Shown one piece after another: positions 19,461 to 28,447 of a DNA stretch of 64,000 bases. The notes beneath the pieces were generated by a model, which worked only from the letters and a program-made list of their open reading frames with translations, had not been told where the DNA came from and made no database searches. Source of the DNA: an uncultured delta proteobacterium (GTDB lineage: Bacteria > Desulfobacterota > RBG-13-43-22); contig CAVUPH010000019.1 of assembly GCA_963743305.1 (NCBI GenBank), forward strand, positions 39,478 to 103,477, read 5' to 3'. Made by a program: the position numbers and the translations under genes. Positions within the stretch are counted from its first letter, which is position 1; every line of letters begins with the position of its first letter.

Positions 19461-20354
19461 ATGAACATATCAAGGCGTGATTTTCTGAAATATTGCGGTA
19501 TATCGGCGGCGGCCGTGGGATTGTCAACCAGCGAACTCGGCTTGCTGGAAAAGGCCTTGGCGAGTCCTACCGGACCATCGGTCATCTGGCTGCAGGGCAG
19601 CGGTTGTACCGGATGTTCCGAATCCTTCCTCAATCGCATAGCCACCGACGGTCCGCAGACGGCTGCAAATGTGCTGGTCGAGGCCATCAACCTGGTTTAT
19701 CACCCGAACCTCATGGCCCTGGCGGGTCAGGATGCTGTGGCCCAAGCCGAGGCGGCCTACAATAAAGGAGGATACCTGCTGGCGGTGGAGGGCGGGATTC
19801 CGACCGCCTTCGGCGGAAGGGCCTGTTATGCCTGGACCTATAATGAGCAGGAAGTCACCTTCGAGTCGGCAGTGCAGACCCTGGCCGCCAAGGCGGCCGG
19901 AATCCTGTGCATCGGGACCTGCGCTGCCTGGGGAGGAATCCCGGCAGCACCGCCGAACCCCACCGGTGTCATGGGGGTCAAGGCGCTGACCGGCAAGGAC
20001 ACCATCAACATCCCCGGCTGTCCCACCCATCCCGATTGGATCGTCTGGGCGGTGGTTCAACTGCTATTGGGTAATTCGATTGCTCTGGACAGCTTCGGCC
20101 GGCCCACCCAATTTTTCGGCTCCACGGTGCACGATCTCTGCCCTCGAAATGGAAGCACCAAGGCCACGACCATCGGGGTGGACAATAATTGTCTGATGGA
20201 TTTGGGCTGCCGGGGTCCAGTGACCATGGCCAATTGTCCTCAACAGAAATGGAACAACCAGGTCAACTGGTGTGTCGATGCCAATGCGCCCTGCATCGGC
20301 TGTACCGAGCCCGGGTTTCCGGGCACGGATCCCTTTTACGCCCCCGGTGTGTAA
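19461..20354 (+). CDS. [NiFe] hydrogenase small subunit with Tat signal
   Basis: SRRDFLK twin-arginine signal, CTGCSES, GTCAAWGG, PGCP, HDLC..CLMDLGC, WCVDANAPCIGC. Confidence 0.95.
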   Translation: MNISRRDFLKYCGISAAAVGLSTSELGLLEKALASPTGPSVIWLQGSGCTGCSESFLNRIATDGPQTAANVLVEAINLVYHPNLMALAGQDAVAQAEAAYNKGGYLLAVEGGIPTAFGGRACYAWTYNEQEVTFESAVQTLAAKAAGILCIGTCAAWGGIPAAPPNPTGVMGVKALTGKDTINIPGCPTHPDWIVWAVVQLLLGNSIALDSFGRPTQFFGSTVHDLCPRNGSTKATTIGVDNNCLMDLGCRGPVTMANCPQQKWNNQVNWCVDANAPCIGCTEPGFPGTDPFYAPGV

Positions 20355-20375
20355 TCTATTTAAGGAGGTAGCTCA

Positions 20376-21815
20376 ATGTCGACCAAGATATTTATAGATC
20401 CCGTGACCCGTCTGGAAGGACATCTCAAGATTGCGGTCACCGTGAATGAAGTGCAAGGCCAACAACAGGTCGTCGATGCCCGGGCCACGGGGACCCTGTT
20501 CCGTGGTTTTGAGCAGTTGCTGGTCGGCCGCGACCCAAGGGATGCCCAGCATCTTACCCAGCGGATCTGCGGCGTCTGCCCCGTGCCCCACGGAATGGCC
20601 TCGGTCCTGGCCCAGGACGCCGCTTTTCAGGTGACGGCCCCCACGAATGCCCGGATCATGCGCAACCTGGTCCTGGGCGCCAATTTTGTGCAGTCCCACA
20701 TCCTTCATTTCTATCATCTGACCGCCCTGGATTACCTCGACGGGCCGGCCATGCCGCCCTGGCAGCCCTCCTGGAAAGCGGACAAACGCATCACCGGCGC
20801 GACGGCCGCCAATTTAGTAAACCATTATGTAACCGCTATCGACATGACCCGCAAGGCCCATGAGATGGGCGCCCTTTTCGGGGGGCGGATGCCGGACCCG
20901 GCCGCTTATATCTCCGGGGGGTTTACGACGACGCCCCGGGCCGACCGGATCTCCAAGTACAAGGCCTACCTCAATGAGTTGATTCCCTTTATCCAAAACG
21001 TCTATCTGTCGGACGTGGCCGCCCTGAGATCGGTCTATTCGGATTATAACACCATCGGAAGGGGATACGGAAACCTGCTGTCCTTTGGGGTTTTCGACCT
21101 GGATTCAGAGGGCGAAAGTAAGCTCCTCCGAAGGGGTCGATCAGCGAGCGGGAGCACCTCCGTGAATTCGATCGATCTGACCCGGATCACCGAATCGGTC
21201 CGCTATTCCTGGTATGAGGATGCCACCACCAATCTGAATCCGGCTGGCGGTCAAACCCTGCCCCATTGTCCCAAAGCCAAGGCCTATTCCTGGCTCAAGG
21301 CGCCGCGTTACGACGGCGCTCCTTATGAGGCCGGTCCGTTGGCCCGCATGTGGGTCAACGGGGATTATCGGCAGGGGATTTCCGTGATGGATCGACACCA
21401 GGCCCGGGCCCTGGAAACTTTAAAAATAGCCCAGGCCCTCCAAACCTGGGTGAACCAGCTTCGGCCGAGTGGAGCGGTCTATACCAAACCTACGATTCCC
21501 TCCACCACGGCCTCGGGTATAGGACTCACCGAGGCCCCCCGCGGCGCCCTGGGACATTGGCTCCAAACCGCTTCGGGCAAAGTTTCGAGCTATCAGATCA
21601 TCACCCCCACTTGCTGGAACGCCTCACCCCGAGACGATGCCAGCCAGATGGGTCCCATCGAAAAGGCCCTGATGGACACGCCGGTCAAAGACCTGAAAGA
21701 GCCTGTGGAGGTCCTGAGGGTCATTCATTCCTTCGACCCCTGTCTTTCCTGCGCGGTCCATGTCTCCCGACCCAATGAAAAGGCGACGGTCCAGATCATC
21801 TCCGGGCAGCGGTAG
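20376..21815 (+). CDS. [NiFe] hydrogenase large subunit (group 1a-like, Cys not Sec)
   Basis: TRLEGH, L1 QRICGVCPVPH, EAPRG, L2 FDPCLSCAVH plus cleavable C-terminal tail. Confidence 0.95.
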   Translation: MSTKIFIDPVTRLEGHLKIAVTVNEVQGQQQVVDARATGTLFRGFEQLLVGRDPRDAQHLTQRICGVCPVPHGMASVLAQDAAFQVTAPTNARIMRNLVLGANFVQSHILHFYHLTALDYLDGPAMPPWQPSWKADKRITGATAANLVNHYVTAIDMTRKAHEMGALFGGRMPDPAAYISGGFTTTPRADRISKYKAYLNELIPFIQNVYLSDVAALRSVYSDYNTIGRGYGNLLSFGVFDLDSEGESKLLRRGRSASGSTSVNSIDLTRITESVRYSWYEDATTNLNPAGGQTLPHCPKAKAYSWLKAPRYDGAPYEAGPLARMWVNGDYRQGISVMDRHQARALETLKIAQALQTWVNQLRPSGAVYTKPTIPSTTASGIGLTEAPRGALGHWLQTASGKVSSYQIITPTCWNASPRDDASQMGPIEKALMDTPVKDLKEPVEVLRVIHSFDPCLSCAVHVSRPNEKATVQIISGQR

Positions 21816-21821
21816 GTCGGG

Positions 21822-22431
21822 ATGGAAGGTCAGCAGGAAACCAAAATGAATACGCTGCTGGAAGAACCAGGGATAAAGGCCGAAAGGGGACCGAGGATCC
21901 TGATTGCCGGCATGGGCAATATCCTGCTTAAGGACGACGGCGTCGGAGTTCACGCCGTGAAGCGGTTTCCGCCGGCTGAAAGCGGAGAATATCGGGCCGT
22001 CGAGGTAGGGTGTGCGGTGTTTGACGCCCTGCACCTGTTTCGATTGGGCGGAGAGGATCCTGCTCATCGATGCCATGCAGGCCGGTGGGCTGCCCGGGAC
22101 CGTGTACCGGGTCGACAGCCTGAAGGACATGGATATGGGAACCGCGCCGGTCTCGCTCCATGAGTTTTCCGTGATCCAGGCCCTGGAGATGATTCAAAAA
22201 GATCCGATGCCGGCCGTATCGATCATCGGCGTCGAGCCGGAGATCATCGACTACGGCCTGGAGCTTTCGGCATCGGTGGAAGCATCCCTCCCCCTGGTCT
22301 GGGAGACCGGGCAGGAAATTGTCCGGAAATGGATAACGGAATTTGAAAATCGAGGTGCCATCGAGATATCCGAGGGATTCCTCGGAAAAAAAACGATTTC
22401 GGCGGACCAGACCAGCTTCAGCCGCCTGTAA
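21822..22431 (+). CDS. Hydrogenase maturation protease, +1 frameshift near 22039
   Basis: GMGNILLKDDGVGV, then LIDAM and SLHE after removing one T in GTTTCG. Confidence 0.88.
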
Positions 22432-22459
22432 AAATAACAACCCAGGCAAGGAGATGAAA

Positions 22460-23963
22460 ATGAAGTCCAAGATTTCTATGATTTTAATTTTAATAGGTTT
22501 AGCGTTGGGAGGATTCAGCAGCGCTTTTGGATCAAGTAGCTTTACGACCTCCTTTAATAATGCGAATGGGACCTCCTATGGGTGCAACCTTTGCCATATC
22601 AGTACCTCAGCCCCGAACTACACTCGGAATCAATTCGGGTTAGACTGGGCCAATGCATCCATAGGAAATCGTTCCTATACTATTACTACAGCGCTTGCGA
22701 ATCGGGATTCCGATGGCGACGGCTACTTTAATGGCGATGAAATCCTGGCTAAAACAAACCCTGGAGATGCTGCCAGCTTTCCAACCGGGGGGACGGCTGA
22801 CACCACCCTGCCGGTGGTTTCGGTTTTCACCATCCCGTCCAGTTCTTCATCCCTGGTCGTGCCGATTAGCGCCATTGCCGCCACGGACAATGTGGGGGTG
22901 ACCGGGTACCTGGTCAACGAAAGCCCGACCAAACCGGCAGCGGGGAACTGGCCCGCTGCGGCTCCCACGAGCTATACCTTTTCCAGCGCCGGGGCCAAGA
23001 CGCTCTACGCCTGGGCCCGGGATGCGGCCGGGAATGTCTCCAACGTCCTGAGTTCGGGAAGGAGCGTGAGCATCACCTTGGCGGATGCGACCTTGCCGGT
23101 GGTTTCGGCTTTCATCGTCCCGGCCACTTCTGCTACCCTGGTCGTACCGATTACCACCTTCACCGCCACGGATAACGTGGGGGTAACCGGGTACCTGGTC
23201 AACGAAAGCGCGACCAAACCGGCAGCGGGGAACTGGCCCGCTACGGCTCCCACGAGCTACACCTTTGCCGGCACCGGGGCCAAGACGCTCTATGCCTGGG
23301 CCAGGGATGCCGCAGGAAACGTCTCCAATAGTCTGAGCGGGACCGTGACCATCGACACCGGCAGCGCGATCGACGTCGAATCTCCCGAGGTAATGGAATT
23401 CACCCTCCCCCTGACCAGTACTTCGCTCACTGTGCCGATCCTGGCCTTCCGGGCCATCGATAACATCGATGCCGTCGCCTACCTGATCACCACCACCCCC
23501 ACGGAGCCTGCCGCCAACGCCCAGGGCTGGAGAGCCACTCCCCCCCGAGCTATACCTTTACTTCCGGGGGCGCGAAGACACTTTACGGCTGGGCCAAGGA
23601 CGCGGCCGGGAACATCTCGGAAAGTATCTGGGACAACGTGGTCATAACGAGTTCCGTCGATACGGCACGGCCGGCGATCACGTCCTTCAGGATTCCCAGT
23701 ACCTCCAGTTCTTTAACTGTGCCGATTCAGCGATTCATCGCCACGGACAACATCGCCGTGACCGGTTATCTGGTAACCACCACCGCGACCAGACCCGCTT
23801 CGTCCGACTCCAGGTGGAAGGCCACACCCCCACCAGCTATACCTTTAGTTCCACGGGAAGAAAAAGGCTTTACCCCTGGGCTAAAGACGCGGCCGGAAAT
23901 GTTTCGACCTACCGGTATTCAACGGTGAATGTTTCAGGCAACGATCACGGAGGAGATGATTAA
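22460..23963 (+). CDS. Secreted monoheme c-type cytochrome with a DxDGDG Ca-binding motif and four Ig/FN3-like repeats (two -1 shifts near 23545 and 23830)
   Basis: Sec signal, CNLCH, DSDGDGYFNGDEI..TNPGD; repeats DTTxPVV..ATDNVGVTGYLV..YTF..KTLYAWARDAAGNVS; ends SGNDHGGDD-stop at 23963. Confidence 0.8.
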
Positions 23964-24052
23964 ATCTTATCCCGAAAGAGAAAACCATTCACCCCGCTGA
24001 GCGGATCTATGAAGTATCTTCCTCTTTGATAGAGGGGAAGGTACTCGGGGGG

Positions 24053-24098
24053 AGGCGGCAGAGTAGTCCTAAGGTGGGCTTCTCTGTCGCCTTTTTTT
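24053..24098 (+). terminator. Intrinsic terminator closing the hydrogenase-cytochrome operon
   Basis: AGGCGGCAGAG...CTCTGTCGCCT followed by a T-tract. Confidence 0.7.
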
Positions 24099-24256
24099 AG
24101 GGGCCGGTTTTAGTTTGGAGATAATCCCGACGATAGGTTCATCAGACCGTACCCTCCAATGAAAAACTCAGGACATATTACCCTTGAACTTTTAGGAGGG
24201 TTCCTCTAACTTAGCGAAAAGATATTGATCCCGGAGATTTTTTTGCGGAAACGGGG

Positions 24257-24691
24257 ATGAAACCTGATTCAGGAATTGGAAATCCACTGCGAATTCCCGC
24301 CGTGGAATTGAGCTTCGAATTTTTCAGGGCCTCGGGACCGGGCGGCCAGAATGTCAACAAAGTGGCCACCGCCGTCCGATTGCGGTTTGATGTCCTGACG
24401 GTCCCCCTCCCTGACCGAGCCCCAACGAGCGCGGCTCATCCGGTTGGCCGGCCACAAGTTGACCGAGGGGGGGAACTCCTGATCGAGTCTCGACGCTTCC
24501 GCACCCAGGAGGCCAACCGGAAGGCGGCCATTGAACGGTTGGAGCAACTGGTTTCCCAGGCTTCGGTTGTGCCCAGGGTCCGGCGGCCCACCCGACCTAC
24601 CCTGGCCTCCAAGAAAAAACGCCTGGAGGGCAAACGCACCCGTTCGGGATTGAAAGATCGGCGTCGACCGGTTTCGGATACGGAGGAATAA
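24257..24691 (+). CDS. arfB: Alternative ribosome rescue factor ArfB (peptidyl-tRNA hydrolase); internal compensating frameshifts
   Basis: RASGPGGQNVNKV, RTQEANR, basic tail RRPTRPT..KKRLEGKR; the native SPSL..RLIRLAGHKLTE segment lies in another frame at about 24398-24472. Confidence 0.88.
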   Translation: MKPDSGIGNPLRIPAVELSFEFFRASGPGGQNVNKVATAVRLRFDVLTVPLPDRAPTSAAHPVGRPQVDRGGELLIESRRFRTQEANRKAAIERLEQLVSQASVVPRVRRPTRPTLASKKKRLEGKRTRSGLKDRRRPVSDTEE

Positions 24692-24710
24692 TAATGACGG
24701 AGGTTGTTCC

Positions 24711-26798
24711 ATGAAGAAGAGGCAGGGGGCATTGCTCATGATGGTTCTGATGTGGGGGCTGTTCGGTGCATCCGGTCCCGCCTGGGCCCAGAGAACAGAT
24801 GGAGGACAAACCCTTTCCCCCAAAGGAAAGGAGCGGGAGGTCAAGAGTCGGATCTATGTGAACCCCGCCGCCAGCCAGCGGCTATATCGGAAAGTGTCGG
24901 TGCTGCCCTTCCAGGCTGCGGTGGATGTGGTGGGTGCCAGCATATCCGACCTGTTTTCCACGGAATTGTTGACTACCCATAAATACCAATTGGTGGATCG
25001 CACCCAGTCGGAGCAGATTTTACGGGAAAAAGATCCAGGCCATAAAATCGTTCCAGAAAATGCCGCGGCCGCAAAAATGGGACAATTATTGGGTGTTCAA
25101 GGGGTGATCATCGGAACCGTTCCGGAATACGGGGTCAAGATTTCGGGAACGACCGAATTAGTGGCTGTAGGAATCAATGCCCGGATGATCGATGTTTCCG
25201 ACGGTTCCGTCGTCTGGAGTATAGCGGACATAGCCGTTTCCGATCGATCCCTGACCCTTTCCGCTCTGGCCCACCAAACGGTCCGTAAGATGGTGACCCA
25301 GCTCTTCCAGGAGATGATCCGAGCCGGCGACCTGCAAACCGCTGCTCTTCCGGTTCCCCGGGTCCTGGCCTCTGAAGGCCAGCTTCGGGGGACGATGATC
25401 GAAATCCAATCCGCTTCCCTTAACACCGTGGCCTCCTATAAAATCCTGAGGAGCCGCAGCGGGGAAGGCCCTTTTCAGGAGGCGGGGTCCATCAAAAACC
25501 CCGGTTCTCGAACGGTTCGCTATGAAGACCGGGATCTCCCGGACGGAGAGACCTATTATTACCAGGTCTTGGCGGTGTCGCCTCTGGGGTTAACCAGTCT
25601 GCCCGGACCGTCGGTCAAGATTACCACGGCCGGACCTCCGGGGACTGTTGCCGGTCTGACCGCCCGGTCCGGGTTGATTCGCCAAGTGGTCCTCGCCTGG
25701 CAACCGCTGACGGATCCTAAGGTTCAGGGCTACCGAGTGTTCCGCCAAGCGGGGAAAGGACCCTGGGAAAAGATCCGGACCCTGGAAGGACGGGAACAAT
25801 CCACTGTTACCGATCAGGGACTGGGGGATGCCACCTCATATGCTTACCAGGTGGTAACCGCCTATAAGGACGGCCAGGAATCCCCGCCCTCGCCGGCGGT
25901 CAGAGCCACCACCAAAGGGCCTCCCTCCAAGGTTCAAAAACTGGAGGCCGTGAGCAGGCAGGCCCGAAAAGTCCCCTTGACCTGGACGCCGGTCAATGAA
26001 CCGGAAGTCAAAGGCTATGCCCTCTTTCGATCATCCAAAAGGACCGGGCCCTTCGAAAAGATCGCCTTTGTGGAAGGACGGGAGACCAGCCGGTTTGTGG
26101 ATGGGGACAAAAGGGGTTTTTTCGAGATAGCGACCCCCCTTAACGACGAAACCCGTTATTACTACAAGGTGCAGGCCGTGAACATTGTGGACGTCCACGG
26201 CGAGGATTCCCCCCTGGACAACGCCGTCACCAAACCGGTTCCGGAAGCGGTTGTGGATTTGCAGGCCGATCAATTGGAGGTCAAACAGGTGTCTCTGAAA
26301 TGGAAGGCCAGCAAGGAGGCGGATATCGCTAAATATGAAGTCTACCGCGGTCGGGACAGTCAGTCGGTGAACACCCGGGTGTTGGAGGTTCCGGCCTCAG
26401 CCACCCAGGCGGTGGACAAAGGGTTGGATGACGGCTCCAGGTATTACTACCGCGTTCGGGCGGTGGACAAAGACGGGTTGGAGGGGACTTTTTCCAATTC
26501 GTCCTCCTCGGTCACCAAGCCGGTCCCGGTTAAACCCCAGGGGCTCAAGGTTGTCCTGGAAGGAAGCCGGGTCCGATTGACCTGGCAGCCCAACCCGGAA
26601 AAAGATATAAACGGATATCGGATTTTTCAGAAAAGTTTCTTTTTGTTTTGGGAAAAAGTGGGCGAGGCGCCGGGAACCGAATTTCTTTTTCAAGGGGAAT
26701 TGAAAAAGGGGAAAACCTTGACTTTTCGCATAACGGCCGTGGACCGGACCCAGCTCGAGGGGGAGCCTTCCGAAGAGGTGGGCCTGGTAGTCCCTTAA
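24711..26798 (+). CDS. Exported CsgG/FlgO-like domain plus five fibronectin type III repeats
   Basis: Signal peptide AWA; VLPF..QLVDR..GQLLGV..VIIGTV..ARMIDV..GSVVWS; FN3 W..GY.V.R..D..L..G..Y.Y.V.AV repeats. Confidence 0.8.
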   Translation: MKKRQGALLMMVLMWGLFGASGPAWAQRTDGGQTLSPKGKEREVKSRIYVNPAASQRLYRKVSVLPFQAAVDVVGASISDLFSTELLTTHKYQLVDRTQSEQILREKDPGHKIVPENAAAAKMGQLLGVQGVIIGTVPEYGVKISGTTELVAVGINARMIDVSDGSVVWSIADIAVSDRSLTLSALAHQTVRKMVTQLFQEMIRAGDLQTAALPVPRVLASEGQLRGTMIEIQSASLNTVASYKILRSRSGEGPFQEAGSIKNPGSRTVRYEDRDLPDGETYYYQVLAVSPLGLTSLPGPSVKITTAGPPGTVAGLTARSGLIRQVVLAWQPLTDPKVQGYRVFRQAGKGPWEKIRTLEGREQSTVTDQGLGDATSYAYQVVTAYKDGQESPPSPAVRATTKGPPSKVQKLEAVSRQARKVPLTWTPVNEPEVKGYALFRSSKRTGPFEKIAFVEGRETSRFVDGDKRGFFEIATPLNDETRYYYKVQAVNIVDVHGEDSPLDNAVTKPVPEAVVDLQADQLEVKQVSLKWKASKEADIAKYEVYRGRDSQSVNTRVLEVPASATQAVDKGLDDGSRYYYRVRAVDKDGLEGTFSNSSSSVTKPVPVKPQGLKVVLEGSRVRLTWQPNPEKDINGYRIFQKSFFLFWEKVGEAPGTEFLFQGELKKGKTLTFRITAVDRTQLEGEPSEEVGLVVP

Positions 26799-26811
26799 AG
26801 AGGATAATGGT

Positions 26812-26858
26812 TGACGGACTCGCCAGAAGTCGTTTTTTGGCTTCTGGCGAGATTATCT
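26812..26858. repeat. Minimal 'empty' family B element (may double as a terminator)
   Basis: TGACGGACTCGCCAGAAGTC-gtttttt-GGCTTCTGGCGAG; left end matches 1690, 29952 and 522(-). Confidence 0.65.
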
Positions 26859-26950
26859 TTGAGATTGACTCGTTTTTTTCTTTAGCCTATAGTTTCAGAC
26901 ATTTATTTTAATCGCTTAAATGCTAAAATTTTCAATCAAGGGAGGCGCCC

Positions 26951-27550
26951 ATGGATTTGGTTACCCGAGTCAAGGCCATTCTACTTAAACCCAACGACAC
27001 CTGGCCGGAGATCAAGAATGAACCGACTACGGTGAAAGACCTTTTTACTTCCTACGCGGCCATTCTAGCCGCCATCCCGCCCATCGCCTCTTTTATCGGG
27101 TTTTCGCTGATCGGCATGTCCGTTTTAGGGTTTCATTATCGCATGCCTTTGGGATCGGGGCTCGGGCATTTGATTGTCTCTTATGTCTTTTCACTGGCGG
27201 GGATTTATTTAGTCGGAATGATCATTGATACCCTGGCGCCCAGTTTCGGGTCCTCAAAAAATCAGCTCAATGCCATGAAGGTGGCGGTCTATTCCTGGAC
27301 GCCGGGCTGGGTGGCCGGCGTCTTTCTGGTTATTCCTTCCCTTTCACCCCTCAGCATGCTGGCATCCTTATACGGATTATATCTGTTTTACCTGGGCTTA
27401 CCAATCCTGATGGAAACCCCTCAGGACAAGGCTCTGGGGTATGTGATCGTTACAATCCTGGTAAGTATTGTGGTATCCATTCTGGTGAGTACCCTCTCGG
27501 GCGCCCTGTTCGGTTATGGACGCGGGGGGATGATGGGCTGGCGTTTCTAA
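26951..27550 (+). CDS. Yip1 family membrane protein
   Basis: ILLKP..W..I..E, LAPSFG, VYSWTPGW, LYGLYLFYLGLP. Confidence 0.88.
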   Translation: MDLVTRVKAILLKPNDTWPEIKNEPTTVKDLFTSYAAILAAIPPIASFIGFSLIGMSVLGFHYRMPLGSGLGHLIVSYVFSLAGIYLVGMIIDTLAPSFGSSKNQLNAMKVAVYSWTPGWVAGVFLVIPSLSPLSMLASLYGLYLFYLGLPILMETPQDKALGYVIVTILVSIVVSILVSTLSGALFGYGRGGMMGWRF

Positions 27551-27577
27551 TTCCTAAAGGGATTCAGGAGGGAGCAA

Positions 27578-27961
27578 ATGAAGAGAAATAAGTTGGGATT
27601 CGTGCTTTTTTTTATGGTTCTATGGATGGGCGCCTATAGCGGAGTCTGTTTCGCCAATAAAGCCGCGGTGACCATCGAAGCCCCGGACCAGGCGTCCAAA
27701 GGAACGGAAGTCATAGTCAAACTGCATGTTGCCCACAGCGCTAACAGCTTCTTCCACTACACCAATTGGGTGCAGGTCAAAGTGAATGGCAAAGACACGG
27801 CCCTTTGGGAATATTCCATGACCAACCGACCCGAAGCAGCTAACTTCACTAAAGAAGTAAAATTGATGGTCAACGAGCCTTTGGAAATCGTGGCCGAGGC
27901 CAACTGCAACTTGCACGGCAGCGCAGGTCCGGCAATAAAGAAGATCGGCCTGAGAGAATGA
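27578..27961 (+). CDS. Exported superoxide-reductase-like (desulfoferrodoxin/neelaredoxin domain) protein
   Basis: Signal peptide; HSANSFFHYTNW and EANCNLHG correspond to the SOR Hx5-6H and CxxH ligands. Confidence 0.7.
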   Translation: MKRNKLGFVLFFMVLWMGAYSGVCFANKAAVTIEAPDQASKGTEVIVKLHVAHSANSFFHYTNWVQVKVNGKDTALWEYSMTNRPEAANFTKEVKLMVNEPLEIVAEANCNLHGSAGPAIKKIGLRE

Positions 27962-27969
27962 AGTAAATT

Positions 27970-28155
27970 ATGACCATCGGCGGCTTTTCCATTATCTTAA
28001 TTTTGGGCATCATCAATTTTCTGCTGTTGCTCTTCCAGCTTTCCACCGGGTTGCATTGGATCAAAGTCAAATTCGGCCTTCACCGGAAAATCGGCATCCT
28101 GCTGGTCATCGTGGCCACGATTCACGGTCTACTGGCCCTGCTGGCCTCGGACTGA
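27970..28155 (+). CDS. Small two-TM membrane protein with His residues
   Basis: 61 aa, two hydrophobic helices, LHRKIG...IHG. Confidence 0.7.
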   Translation: MTIGGFSIILILGIINFLLLLFQLSTGLHWIKVKFGLHRKIGILLVIVATIHGLLALLASD

Positions 28156-28195
28156 AAAGAGGGAAGAGGGAAGAAGAAGCAATCCCGGCCCCCGG

Positions 28196-28380
28196 CATTA
28201 AACCTCCATGCCAGCGGGAGGGTACCCGCGAAGCATGAAAATAACAGACCTGCGGTCATTGCGGGGAGCGAAGTGACGAAGCAATCCCCCCGTTGGCTTA
28301 CAACGCTCCCCAAGCTTGACCGGGAGATTGCTTCGCTTCGCTCGCAATGACAAGAGGGACGGGGTTATTTTCGTATAAAT
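28196..28380 (+). repeat. Composite MITE-like element (family C) carrying a GTCATTGCG..GCAATGAC cassette (28255-28351)
   Basis: Terminal module CATTAAACCTCCATGCC..CCCGCGAAGCATGAAAATAAC; inner IR GAAAATAAC/GTTATTTTC. Confidence 0.8.
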
Positions 28381-28447
28381 GTTGTGCTCCTTCTCCTTTG
28401 CCTTTTCTTCTTTCTTCTATCTCCCTTCTTCCCTCTGCTCCCTGTTT

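Noticed and set aside
19270-19464. 64-aa leader ORF before the hydrogenase
   Set aside because: No RBS before its ATG and no recognisable features
21730-21765. Selenocysteine ([NiFeSe]) hydrogenase
   Set aside because: The L2 motif codon is TGT (Cys), not TGA
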